Assembly (NCBI GenBank): GCA_009928005.1
Contig: RFVO01000001.1
Span: forward strand, 2,708 to 66,707
Reading direction: 5' to 3'
DNA length: 64,000 nt
Source: Chitinophagia bacterium
Lineage (GTDB): Bacteria; Bacteroidota; Bacteroidia; Chitinophagales; Chitinophagaceae
The stretch's first letter is position 1, and each line of letters opens with the position of its first letter. The notes beneath the pieces were generated by a model. The model had not been told where the DNA came from. It made no database searches and saw only the letters and a list, made by a program, of their open reading frames with translations. Shown here piece after piece: positions 48,449 through 57,942 of the stretch. A program made the position numbers and the translations under genes.

Positions 48449-48865
48449 ATGGCATATTCAGATAAAGTAATCGATCATTATTCTAATCCTAAAAATGTAG
48501 GAACATTAGATAAAGGCTCTAAAAGTGTAGGTACTGGTTTAGTAGGTGCACCTGAGTGCGGAGACGTAATGCGTTTACAAATCCAAGTAGACGAAGCAAC
48601 TGGTGTAATTACCGATGCTAAGTTTAAAACATTTGGTTGTGGTTCAGCCATTGCTTCTTCTTCTTTAGCTACTGAGTGGTTAAAAGGAAAGACAATTGAC
48701 GAAGCTGTTAAAATTGATAATATGGATTTAGTAGAGGAATTAAATTTACCTCCTGTTAAAATTCACTGTTCTGTTTTAGCAGAAGATGCTATTAAAGCTG
48801 CTATCAATGATTTCCGTGTCAAGAACGGACTGGCTGAATTAGTATTTGAACAAAGCCACGTTTAA
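48449..48865 (+). CDS. iscU: Fe-S cluster assembly scaffold IscU
   Basis: GAPECGDVM, FGCGSAIASSS and HCSVLAEDAI. An exact TAnnTTTG (TAATTTTG) lies at 48420-48427. Confidence 0.95.
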   Translation: MAYSDKVIDHYSNPKNVGTLDKGSKSVGTGLVGAPECGDVMRLQIQVDEATGVITDAKFKTFGCGSAIASSSLATEWLKGKTIDEAVKIDNMDLVEELNLPPVKIHCSVLAEDAIKAAINDFRVKNGLAELVFEQSHV

Positions 48866-48888
48866 TTTAGGTCTTCTATTTACAACCT

Positions 48889-49245
48889 ATGAGCGAAGTA
48901 GCCCAAGAGAATTCAATTTATGTAAGTGCTAAGGCAAAGGCCAAAGTTTTGCAGTTAATGCAAGACGCAGGCATATCAGAAGATACTAGCTATTTTTTAA
49001 GAGTAGGGGTAGTAGGGGGTGGATGTTCTGGATTAAGTTATAAACTAGACTTTGATAATGAAATTAAGCCCATGGATCAAGTCTTTGAAGACAATGGAAT
49101 AAAGATTGTTACAGATTTAAAAAGTTTTTTATACTTAGTTAATACTGAATTAGAATTTTCAGATGGTTTAAATGGCAAAGGCTTTTATTTCAATAATCCC
49201 AATGCCAGTAGAAGTTGTGGCTGCGGAGAAAGCTTTGCGGTATAG
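48889..49245 (+). CDS. HesB/IscA-family Fe-S cluster insertion protein
   Basis: GGGCSG ... SCGCGESF cysteine triad. Confidence 0.9.
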   Translation: MSEVAQENSIYVSAKAKAKVLQLMQDAGISEDTSYFLRVGVVGGGCSGLSYKLDFDNEIKPMDQVFEDNGIKIVTDLKSFLYLVNTELEFSDGLNGKGFYFNNPNASRSCGCGESFAV

Positions 49246-49297
49246 TGAATTTTATAGTGAATTAAAGGTTTTAATCATAAGGTTATTATAATATTGA

Positions 49298-49326
49298 ATG
49301 CTCCGTTAACACGGGGCATTTTTTTT
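49298..49326 (+). terminator. rho-independent terminator after the isc genes
   Basis: ATGCTCCG-ttaaca-CGGGGCAT (one G-U pair) followed by T7. Confidence 0.75.
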
Positions 49327-49327
49327 G

Positions 49328-49335
49328 TAGCTTTG
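49328..49335 (+). promoter_or_regulatory. candidate -7 box (TAGCTTTG) 4 nt from the gldF-gldG ATG
   Basis: TAGCTTTG-AGCT-ATG, directly after the terminator T-run. Confidence 0.45.
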
Positions 49336-49339
49336 AGCT

Positions 49340-51781
49340 ATGTGGGCAATTTGTAAAAAAGAATGGGCGCAGTATTTCAATGGTTTAACAGGCTATCTCG
49401 TCATAGGATTTTACTTAATCGTGAATGGGCTTGTATTATTTGTACTTCCAAATTTTAATATCTTAGATTTTGGCTATGCTTCCTTGCAAGCGTATTTCGA
49501 CTTTGCCCCTTGGTTTTTACTACTCTTAGTACCAGCTATTACCATGCATAGTTTTTCTGATGAGTATAAGCAAGGTACTTTTGAAATTATAAGAGCCCTA
49601 CCAATTAGCCCACTTCAATTAGTAACTGGAAAATTTTTAGGAAACTTATTAATAGTACTTGTAGCCATTATACCTACTTTATTTTATGCATATACTTTAA
49701 ACGCCTTAAGTGATATTGGTGGAATAGACTTTGGAGCAACTTATGGTTCTTATTTTGGTTTATTATTTTTAGCGGCTTGCTATACAATGGTAGGTATATA
49801 TATAAGTAGCATTACCAAAAATAATTTAGTGTCTTTATTGGTATCTATTTTGGTTTGTATCTTATTATTTAAAGGTTTTAATTTACTTAGTCATATAGCT
49901 CCTTTTAACAATGCTGCTAATTTTTATATCAGCAAGCTGGGCTTAGAGGCACACTATATCAATATGAGTAAGGGGTTGCTCACAGCTAAGGATATTATTT
50001 ACTTCTTATCGATACTTGTTTTATTTGCCATGGGAAGTCTTGAAAATATTAAAGGCAAAGTAAAATATTTAATTACAGTAATTGTTTTAATTAGCTTCAA
50101 TGTATTTTTTTCTTTTTACAATTTCCAATTAGACCTTACTAAAGAACAGCGTTATACTTTACATGACAATACGCAGCATATTATTGCAGCTATCAATAAA
50201 CCTACAAAAGTGCATCTATATTTAGGCGGTGATATACCTCCTTATTATAAAAATATTGCATTAGCCACTGCGGATTTACTAGAGCGTTTTAAACAAATCA
50301 ATCCTAACGCTATACAATGGAATATTGAAGTACCTGGAGAGTTGTATAAAAACGATGCCTTGTATCAATTCTATGATAGCTTATCTAAATTAGGATTACC
50401 CATTCAAAGAATACAAACCGAAAATGGCCCTTCAGATAAAAGAGTCGATCAACTAATGATTCCGGGTGCACTTATTGAAGTAGAGGGCCAAGCACCTATT
50501 GTGATTGATTTAAGAACTAGTAAAAAATATTTCAAACCCTATAATATAGTAAAAGATATTCCTGAAGAAGATATAGAGGCCTCTGCGAATGCTGCGGTTT
50601 CTTTATTAGAATATAAATTTACGCAAGCACTTTATTTATTAAATAGAACAGAAGTGCCAAGTATTGCATATTTGACAGGTAATGGAGAACCGGTTAATTT
50701 AACAGTGAATGATTTAGGAGAATCCATTATGCATAACTACAATTTAGCTGTATTTGATTTGAAAAAAGGTTTTCCCAATCCGAAAAAAATTAAAACCCTA
50801 CTTATTGTAAAGCCAACACAAGCTTTTACAGAATTGGATAAATTAAAATTAGATCAATATATAATGGGAGGGGGTAATATTGTTTGGGCCATTGATAAGC
50901 TAGTAGCTGAATATGATAGTTTGCAAAAAACAAATGGGTCATATATTGCTATTGATAGAGTTTTAGCCTTAGATGATTTGTTTTTTAAATATGGTGCAAG
51001 AATAAATGCCAATTTAGTGCAAGATCTAAATTGTGCTAAACTGCCTATGGTAGTGGGCAAAGGCGAGGATGGTAGCCCGCTTATTCAAAGAATGCCATGG
51101 CCTTATTTTCCTTTTTTGCAAGGGAATGAGCAACATCCTATTGTTCAGAATATAGACAGAGTTTTAACTTATTTTCCTTCTAGTATTGATACCATTGCAG
51201 TGGCCGGCATTCAGAAAACAATTTTACTAAGTACCGATTCAAATAGTCGAATACTCAGTTCACCTGCTGTGGTGGATATTAATAGTGGAAAGAGAGAAGG
51301 TGAATTGGAAAGTTTCCAAAAAAATCATTTGCCAGTAGCAGTTTTATTAGAAGGTAAATTTCTTTCTATGTTTTCTCATCGTATTTCTGCCGCTATGCTT
51401 GATAGTATTAAGACTTCCACTGGCAAAGGTTATTTAGAAAAGGGTATTGCTCTTTCAAAACAAGTCGTTATTTCAGATGCTGATATTCTTACCAATCAAG
51501 TGGATGTAAAAAGAGGACCCCTGCCCATGGGTATGATGCCTTATGAGGAATACCAATTTGCCAACCATGACTTTTTTGTAAATACCATTGCTTATTTAAA
51601 TGAACCTTCCAGTTTATTAGCATCTCGTCATAAGCAACTAATGCTTCGTTTATTAAATCGTCAAAAAGTAGAGGAGCATAGAGTATGGGTGCAATTTATT
51701 TTAGTCCTTGGTCCACTATTTCTTCTTGGACTTTTCTTTATTATATGGACAGGGTATCGTAAACGTCAATTTGCTGTTTAA
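49340..51781 (+). CDS. gldF-gldG: fused gliding-motility ABC transporter components GldF (ABC-2 permease, ~aa 1-240) and GldG (~aa 245-813)
   Basis: The N-terminus MWAICKKEWAQYFNGLTGY with 6 TM helices is GldF-like. From KYLITVIVLISFNVFFSFYNFQLDLTKEQRYTL onward it is GldG-like, and it ends with a C-terminal TM anchor. The frame is continuous, with no stop or ATG at the junction. Confidence 0.8.
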   Translation: MWAICKKEWAQYFNGLTGYLVIGFYLIVNGLVLFVLPNFNILDFGYASLQAYFDFAPWFLLLLVPAITMHSFSDEYKQGTFEIIRALPISPLQLVTGKFLGNLLIVLVAIIPTLFYAYTLNALSDIGGIDFGATYGSYFGLLFLAACYTMVGIYISSITKNNLVSLLVSILVCILLFKGFNLLSHIAPFNNAANFYISKLGLEAHYINMSKGLLTAKDIIYFLSILVLFAMGSLENIKGKVKYLITVIVLISFNVFFSFYNFQLDLTKEQRYTLHDNTQHIIAAINKPTKVHLYLGGDIPPYYKNIALATADLLERFKQINPNAIQWNIEVPGELYKNDALYQFYDSLSKLGLPIQRIQTENGPSDKRVDQLMIPGALIEVEGQAPIVIDLRTSKKYFKPYNIVKDIPEEDIEASANAAVSLLEYKFTQALYLLNRTEVPSIAYLTGNGEPVNLTVNDLGESIMHNYNLAVFDLKKGFPNPKKIKTLLIVKPTQAFTELDKLKLDQYIMGGGNIVWAIDKLVAEYDSLQKTNGSYIAIDRVLALDDLFFKYGARINANLVQDLNCAKLPMVVGKGEDGSPLIQRMPWPYFPFLQGNEQHPIVQNIDRVLTYFPSSIDTIAVAGIQKTILLSTDSNSRILSSPAVVDINSGKREGELESFQKNHLPVAVLLEGKFLSMFSHRISAAMLDSIKTSTGKGYLEKGIALSKQVVISDADILTNQVDVKRGPLPMGMMPYEEYQFANHDFFVNTIAYLNEPSSLLASRHKQLMLRLLNRQKVEEHRVWVQFILVLGPLFLLGLFFIIWTGYRKRQFAV

Positions 51782-51804
51782 TAAGTAAGTTGTAACTTTA
51801 TAGT

Positions 51805-52773
51805 ATGTCAACAGATCAATTAGTTTATCTTGTTTTTGGGGTGGTCATTCTTATCGCTTTAATCCTAGATCTGGGGTTTCTAAGTAAAAAAAATGCCATT
51901 ATTACCATGAAACAGGCTTTGAGTCAGACTTTTTTCTGGGTAATGTTAGCACTTGCTTTTTTTGTGTTTATGTGGATAGAGGAAGGTCAAAAATTAGGAT
52001 TTGAATATTTGAGTGGATATTTAATGGAGTGGAGTTTAAGTATTGACAATATTTTTGTTTTCATTTTAATTTTTAATGCTTTTAAAGTAAAAGAAAAACA
52101 TATTCCTAGGGTATTATTAATAGGTATATTAGCCGCCATTTTATTTAGAGTTATTTTTATTACAGTGGGTGTAGCTTTGGTTGCGAAATTTGCTTGGGTT
52201 CTTTATATTTTTGGTGTCTTCTTGGTGTATACTGGTTATAAAATGTTTAAAGCAGGTGAGGAAGATAATTTCGATCCCCATCAGTCCAAAATATATTTTT
52301 TTTTAAAAAAATTCTTACCCATTGGGAGTACTGATGGTGATGGCAAATTTGTCATTAGAGACCATAATAACAAACCATTATATACCAGTTTATTTGTAGT
52401 GGTAGTTCTTTTAGCGGCTATTGATATTGTATTTGCTTTAGATTCTATTCCTGCAGTAATGGGTATTTCAAGAAGCAGTTTAGTTATTTACACCTCTAAT
52501 ATTTTTGCCATACTAGGGCTTCGTTCATTGTTCTTTTTATTAAGAGGTGCGGTGAATCAATTTGAGCATCTGCAACAAGGTATTGCCATTGTTTTAGTTT
52601 TTATTGGTATTAAGATGCTTGGTGAGCACTATATCAATATGTATATAGATAAGAACACTCAAGTTTTAATTTCATTGATGGTTATCATTTTTTGTATCAC
52701 AGGCTCTATTTTTTATTCCATTTTTACAAATAAGAAAAAAGTTGCTAAAGGAAATTCACAAGCGGCTCCTTAA
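51805..52773 (+). CDS. TerC-family integral membrane protein
   Basis: Multi-TM protein with EWSLSIDNIFVF and ALDSIPAV repeated TerC motifs. Confidence 0.85.
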   Translation: MSTDQLVYLVFGVVILIALILDLGFLSKKNAIITMKQALSQTFFWVMLALAFFVFMWIEEGQKLGFEYLSGYLMEWSLSIDNIFVFILIFNAFKVKEKHIPRVLLIGILAAILFRVIFITVGVALVAKFAWVLYIFGVFLVYTGYKMFKAGEEDNFDPHQSKIYFFLKKFLPIGSTDGDGKFVIRDHNNKPLYTSLFVVVVLLAAIDIVFALDSIPAVMGISRSSLVIYTSNIFAILGLRSLFFLLRGAVNQFEHLQQGIAIVLVFIGIKMLGEHYINMYIDKNTQVLISLMVIIFCITGSIFYSIFTNKKKVAKGNSQAAP

Positions 52774-52782
52774 AAACAATCA

Positions 52783-52790
52783 TATATTTG
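52783..52790 (+). promoter_or_regulatory. candidate -7 box (TATATTTG) for lspA
   Basis: Exact TAnnTTTG, 19 nt upstream of the ATG at 52810. Confidence 0.4.
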
Positions 52791-52809
52791 CACCACATAT
52801 ACATTACCT

Positions 52810-53439
52810 ATGAACGGGAGAAAAGTTGCCATCATTATTGCACTCATTATAATTATCGATCAGGCAATTAAGTTTTATATCAAGCTTAATTATTTTATTG
52901 GAGAGGAGCATATTCTCATTGATTCATGGGCAAGACTGCATTTTATAGAAAATGAAGGCATGGCCTGGGGCTTAAAATTCGGAGGTGGTTTTGGAAAAAT
53001 AATTTTGACTTTATTTCGCTTGGCTGCGGTTATCTGGGGAACTTTTTTAATTAAAGGTTTTATCCAAAAGAAATACCATAATGGTTTTATTTTTTGTGCA
53101 GCCTTAATTTATGCCGGCGCTGTAGGTAATTTAATTGACTCTATGTTTTATGGGCTCATATTTGAAGAAAGTGTACCTTATACTACCATGGTAGCGCATT
53201 TATTTCCTGTTGGCGGCGGATATGGCTCTTTTTTACATGGAAAAGTAGTAGACATGTTTTATTTTCCCATTATTCAAAATGCACATTTTCCTAGTTGGTT
53301 TCCTTTTTGGGCTGGAGAGGAATTTGAATTTTTCCGACCTGTATTTAATTTTGCCGACGCTTCAATAAGCACAGGGGTCATTGCACTATTTATCTTTCAA
53401 AAGAAGTTCTTTAGTGATACAGACCAGCCCCAAGCTTAG
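52810..53439 (+). CDS. lspA: lipoprotein signal peptidase II
   Basis: ENEGMAWG, VVDMFYFP and FNFADASIS. Confidence 0.92.
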   Translation: MNGRKVAIIIALIIIIDQAIKFYIKLNYFIGEEHILIDSWARLHFIENEGMAWGLKFGGGFGKIILTLFRLAAVIWGTFLIKGFIQKKYHNGFIFCAALIYAGAVGNLIDSMFYGLIFEESVPYTTMVAHLFPVGGGYGSFLHGKVVDMFYFPIIQNAHFPSWFPFWAGEEFEFFRPVFNFADASISTGVIALFIFQKKFFSDTDQPQA

Positions 53440-53545
53440 TTTTTACTAACTTTTCCCCTTATCATCAAACCAAATCAAGGCTGGCCTTTTTTACAAGCTT
53501 ATTCGTACCTTCGTGCCCTAAAAATGAGCTAGGATAAAGCGTTGT

Positions 53546-56500
53546 ATGAGTAAAAAATACCCAGAATTTAGTGGATTAAATCTCCCTCAATTGGAGGCGG
53601 AGATATTGGCTTCTTGGAAGTCCGAGCAAGCTTTTGAGAAGTCGGTCTCTTTAAGAGAAGGTAAGACCCCCTTTGTTTTTTATGAAGGGCCTCCGAGTGC
53701 CAATGGAATGCCAGGCATTCACCATGTTATTTCTAGAACTTTAAAAGACATGGTATGTAGGTATAAAACAATGCAAGGTTTTCAAGTAAAAAGAAAAGGC
53801 GGCTGGGATACGCATGGTTTACCAGTTGAGTTAGGTGTAGAAAAAGAATTGGGTATTACCAAAGAAGATATTGGTAAAAAGATAAGTATAGAACAATATA
53901 ATCAAAAATGTAGAGAAGCGGTTCTGCGTTATAAAAAAGAATGGGACGATATTACCAATAAAATGGGATACTGGGTAGACTTGAATAATCCTTATATTAC
54001 TTTTGAAAATAATTATATTGAAACACTGTGGTGGATATTAAGCACCCTTTATAAAAAAGGTTATTTGTATCAAAGTGTAAGTATTCAACCTTATTCACCT
54101 GCAGCAGGAACAGGATTAAGTTCACATGAATTAAATCAGCCTGGTACATACAAGGATGTAAAAGATACTTCAACAGTGGCTATGTTCAAAGCAATAAAAA
54201 ATGCAGATAGCCAATTTTTATTTGATACTATAAATGCAGTAAGTGTAAAGTCGAAAGAAATATTTTATATGGCTTGGACTACTACGCCATGGACCTTGCC
54301 TTCTAATTTAGGATTAACTGTAGGCCCCCACATTGAATATGTTTTAGTGGCTACCTATAATCCGTATACTGCTATACCCGTAAATGTGGTGCTTGCAAAA
54401 AATTTAATATCAAAATATTTTAAAGAAGAAGGTGAAGGGGTAGAAGGTTTTGCAGAAGGCGATAAAATAATTCCTTGGAAAATAATAGCAACACATAAAG
54501 GCAGTGAGTTAAATGGACTACGCTACGAGCAGTTAATGCCTTTTGAAGCCAATGATCCAAAAACTTTTGAAGGAGATCCTTTTAAAATAGTATTGGGCGA
54601 CTTTGTCACCACTGAAGATGGAACAGGTATAGTACATACTTCACCTGCCTTTGGTGCAGATGATTATAAAGTAGGACAAAAAAATAATTTAGGTATTCTT
54701 ACTTTAGTAGATCGTGAAGGAAAATTTGTAGAAGGTGTAGGAGAATTTAGCGGCCGCTTTGTAAAAAATTATAAAGATGAGAAAGACTACCAAGATGTGA
54801 ACGTAGATATTTCTGTAAAACTTAAAAAAGAAAACAGAGCCTTTAAAGTAGAAAAATATGAACATAATTATCCGCATTGTTGGAGAACGGATAAGCCAAT
54901 TTTATATTATCCATTAGATGCTTGGTTTATTAAAACTACAGCTGTAAAGGATAGGCTTGTAGAACTAAATAAAACCATTAATTGGAAACCAAAGAGTACG
55001 GGAGAAGGTCGTTTTGGTAATTGGTTAGAGAATATGGTTGATTGGAATTTATCGCGTAGCCGTTATTGGGGCACTCCGCTTCCTATTTGGAGAACAGAAG
55101 ATGGCACGGAGGAATTATGTATAGGATCGATTGAAGAATTAACCAAAGGTTTTTTAGTTGCTAAAGAAAAAGGCTTGAACAAAGAAGTAAATTTAAAAAT
55201 TATAGATGGTAAACTAGATCTTGATTTGCATAAACCTTTTGTGGATCAAATTGAATTAGTAAGTTCAAGTGGCCAAACCATGAAACGAGTGTCCGATTTA
55301 GTTGATGTTTGGTTTGACTCTGGGGCTATGCCTTATGCTCAGTGGCATTATCCTTTTGAAAATAAAGATTTAATAGACAAAGGGCAGGCGTTCCCAGCCG
55401 ATTTTATTTGCGAAGGAGTAGACCAAACGCGCGGGTGGTTTTATACACTACATACATTGGGCGTTTTACTTTTTGATAGTGTTGCTTATAAGGCGGTGAT
55501 GAGTAATGGCTTAGTGTTAGATAAGAATGGTAATAAAATGAGTAAGCGATTGGGTAATGTAGTGAACCCTTTTGAAACCATTGAAAAATATGGTGCAGAT
55601 GCCACACGATGGTATTTAGTAACCAATGCTTCACCTTGGGATAATTTAAAATTTGATATGTCTGGCATACAAGAAGTACAAAGAAAATTCTTTGGTACAT
55701 TGTACAATACTTATCAATTTTTTGTTTTATATGCCAATGTAGATGATTTTCATTTCGAGCAAGCAACTATTCCATTAGCAGATCGTCCTGAGATTGATCG
55801 TTGGATCATTTCATCTTTACACACTTTAATTCATACAGTTACTACTTCAATGGATGATTTCGAGCCCACCACAGCGGGACGTGCCATTGAAACTTTTGTA
55901 GATGAGCATTTAAGTAACTGGTATGTAAGATTATGTCGTCGTCGTTTTTGGAAAGGAAGTTATACGCAAGATAAAATTGCAGCTTATCAAACTTTATATG
56001 AGTGTATTGAAACCATTGCTAAATTAATGGCACCTATCGCGCCATTTTTTGCTGATCAAGTTTTCAGAAATTTAAATAGTGTTACTCAAAAACATAATTT
56101 TAGTTCAATACATCATGCGCCTTTTCCTATTGCAGATAAATCTAAAATTGATACTGCTTTAGAGCTAAGAATGCAAATGGCTCAGGATATTTGTTCTTTA
56201 GTTTTGTCTATTCGTAAAAAAGTAAATATTAAAGTGCGTCAGCCTTTACAAAAAATATTAATTCCTGTTTTAGATCCAGCTACCAAAACGGCTATTGCAT
56301 TAATGGAAGAATTAATTCTTGCCGAAGTAAATGTTAAAGAAATTAATTATATAACAGAGACTGAGGGAGTTATTAGCAAAAAGGTGAAAGCAAATTTCAA
56401 ATTATTGGGTGCCAAATTAGGAACCAAAATGAAACAAGCTTCTGCAGTAATTGCCAATTTAAGCCAGGCACAAATTACTAGCTTGGAAAAAGAAGGGAGT

Positions 56501-56899
56501 TTGGCTTTAAATATCGAAGGAGAAACAATTCAGTTGTTAATCAATGAGGTAGATATTATAGCAGAAGATATACCAGGTTGGAGCGTAGCTGTCAAAAATG
56601 CCCTGACTGTAGCCTTGGATATTTCCATTAGCCCTGAGTTATTGAAAGAGGGGAATGCCCGTGAGCTAGTAAATAGGGTCCAAAACATTAGAAAAGAGAG
56701 CAATTTTGAGCTTACAGACAAGATTTTGCTTGAAATTGAGGATAATACGGACTTGAAGGAGTCCATTATTCAATTTTCGGACTATATTTGCCGCGAAATT
56801 CTCGCAATTCGGATAGACTTCCTGCCGGTCTTGAAAGAGGGGGTAGAAGTTGACATAAATGATCAAAAATTAAGGATTTCAGTTAGACAAAAAGGATAA
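53546..56899 (+). CDS. ileS: isoleucine--tRNA ligase
   Basis: HIGH-region PSANGMPGIHHV and KMSKRLGN. Length is 1117 aa. Confidence 0.97.
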   Translation: MSKKYPEFSGLNLPQLEAEILASWKSEQAFEKSVSLREGKTPFVFYEGPPSANGMPGIHHVISRTLKDMVCRYKTMQGFQVKRKGGWDTHGLPVELGVEKELGITKEDIGKKISIEQYNQKCREAVLRYKKEWDDITNKMGYWVDLNNPYITFENNYIETLWWILSTLYKKGYLYQSVSIQPYSPAAGTGLSSHELNQPGTYKDVKDTSTVAMFKAIKNADSQFLFDTINAVSVKSKEIFYMAWTTTPWTLPSNLGLTVGPHIEYVLVATYNPYTAIPVNVVLAKNLISKYFKEEGEGVEGFAEGDKIIPWKIIATHKGSELNGLRYEQLMPFEANDPKTFEGDPFKIVLGDFVTTEDGTGIVHTSPAFGADDYKVGQKNNLGILTLVDREGKFVEGVGEFSGRFVKNYKDEKDYQDVNVDISVKLKKENRAFKVEKYEHNYPHCWRTDKPILYYPLDAWFIKTTAVKDRLVELNKTINWKPKSTGEGRFGNWLENMVDWNLSRSRYWGTPLPIWRTEDGTEELCIGSIEELTKGFLVAKEKGLNKEVNLKIIDGKLDLDLHKPFVDQIELVSSSGQTMKRVSDLVDVWFDSGAMPYAQWHYPFENKDLIDKGQAFPADFICEGVDQTRGWFYTLHTLGVLLFDSVAYKAVMSNGLVLDKNGNKMSKRLGNVVNPFETIEKYGADATRWYLVTNASPWDNLKFDMSGIQEVQRKFFGTLYNTYQFFVLYANVDDFHFEQATIPLADRPEIDRWIISSLHTLIHTVTTSMDDFEPTTAGRAIETFVDEHLSNWYVRLCRRRFWKGSYTQDKIAAYQTLYECIETIAKLMAPIAPFFADQVFRNLNSVTQKHNFSSIHHAPFPIADKSKIDTALELRMQMAQDICSLVLSIRKKVNIKVRQPLQKILIPVLDPATKTAIALMEELILAEVNVKEINYITETEGVISKKVKANFKLLGAKLGTKMKQASAVIANLSQAQITSLEKEGSLALNIEGETIQLLINEVDIIAEDIPGWSVAVKNALTVALDISISPELLKEGNARELVNRVQNIRKESNFELTDKILLEIEDNTDLKESIIQFSDYICREILAIRIDFLPVLKEGVEVDINDQKLRISVRQKG

Positions 56900-56901
56900 A
56901 T

Positions 56902-57813
56902 ATGCCTACAAAAAAACCAGCTCACAAAAAGGCGGCTCCTGCTAAAAAAGCAGCTGCAAAAAAGACGGCCCCTGCAAAAAAGCCTGCTTCTGCTAAAAAA
57001 GCAGCCCCTAAAAAGGCAGCTCCAAAAAAAGTAGCTCCCAAAAAAGCAGCCCCCAAAAAATCAGTTCCTGCTAAAAAGAAAGTAGCTCCAAAGAAAAAAG
57101 CAGCACCCGTAAAAAAGGTGGTTTCTAAAAAAGCGGCACCTTTAAAAAAAGTGGTACCTGCTAAAGCTCCTTCAAAAAAAGCAGTCCCAGTTAAGGCGCC
57201 TGCAAAACCAATTATTAAACCTGTTGCTAAGCCAGTCGAAAAATATATTCCACCAGTAAAGCCGGTTCCAAAAATTCCAACGCCTCCTGTTAAACCAGTG
57301 CGTAAAGTTGCAGAACCAATTAAAGATATTAAAGTTCCAAAAATTGGTGCTAAAACTAGTGTACCTTATCAACCTGGCTATGTTCCAATGGAAAAAAGAA
57401 AAGAAGTTGAAAGATCTACTGAAACTTTGGTAAAATATTCTGATGCAGAATTAAATGAGTTTAAAGATTTAATTTCCAAGAAATTAGATGCTGCTAAGAA
57501 AGAACTAGTATACCTACAAGGTATTATTACTCGCAAAGATGAATTAGGTGGAGACAATGACGATGCCAGATACATGACCATGGAAGATGGTAGTGTAAGC
57601 ATGGAAAGAGAACAGTTAGGGCAAATGGCTTCTAGACAAATTACATTTATAGACCATTTAGAAAAAGCCTTAATGCGTATCGAAAATAAAACCTATGGTA
57701 TTTGTAGAGTAACAGGTCGCTTAATTGACAAAGCGCGTTTACGTGCAGTACCACATGCTACCTTGAGCCTAGAAGCAAAACTTGGTTATGTAAAAAATAG
57801 CAGCGATCAATAG
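56902..57813 (+). CDS. DksA/TraR-family protein with ~165-aa Lys/Ala/Pro-rich histone-H1-like N-terminal domain
   Basis: The C-terminal ~130 aa (YSDAELNEFKDLI...EREQL..MASRQ...RIENKTYGICRVTGRLIDKARLRAVPHATLSLEAK) is Bacteroidota DksA-like. The N-terminus is (A/P)KKAAPKK repeats followed by PVKP repeats. The ATG lies 2 nt after the ileS stop. Confidence 0.85.
   Translation: MPTKKPAHKKAAPAKKAAAKKTAPAKKPASAKKAAPKKAAPKKVAPKKAAPKKSVPAKKKVAPKKKAAPVKKVVSKKAAPLKKVVPAKAPSKKAVPVKAPAKPIIKPVAKPVEKYIPPVKPVPKIPTPPVKPVRKVAEPIKDIKVPKIGAKTSVPYQPGYVPMEKRKEVERSTETLVKYSDAELNEFKDLISKKLDAAKKELVYLQGIITRKDELGGDNDDARYMTMEDGSVSMEREQLGQMASRQITFIDHLEKALMRIENKTYGICRVTGRLIDKARLRAVPHATLSLEAKLGYVKNSSDQ
56917..57330 (+). 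repeat. coding low-complexity tract with imperfect 15-nt (KKAAP) and PVKP-type repeats
   Basis: Units of the form aaaaaagcagcNccN recur many times. Example: gcccctaaaaaggcagctccaaaaaaagtagctcccaaaaaagcagcccccaaaaaa. Confidence 0.85.
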
Positions 57814-57880
57814 TAATTCTTTATTCTAATTTATTATTAGATTAGCTATTTAGAAAATACAGATTAAAAATCTTATATAT

Positions 57881-57912
57881 AAAAAACCTGATAATTATTT
57901 ATCAGGTTTTTT
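57881..57912. terminator. bidirectional rho-independent terminator between the DksA-like gene and the convergent ABC exporter
   Basis: AAAAAA-CCTGATAA-ttat-TTATCAGG-TTTTTT. Confidence 0.8.
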
Positions 57913-57942
57913 AATTTATATATCTTCTGCTAGCCCAATTTA

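Noticed and set aside
51782-51804. Looked for a yybP-ykoY (Mn) riboswitch upstream of the TerC-family gene
   Set aside because: Only 23 nt separate the gldFG stop from the terC start, which leaves no room for the ~100-nt riboswitch.
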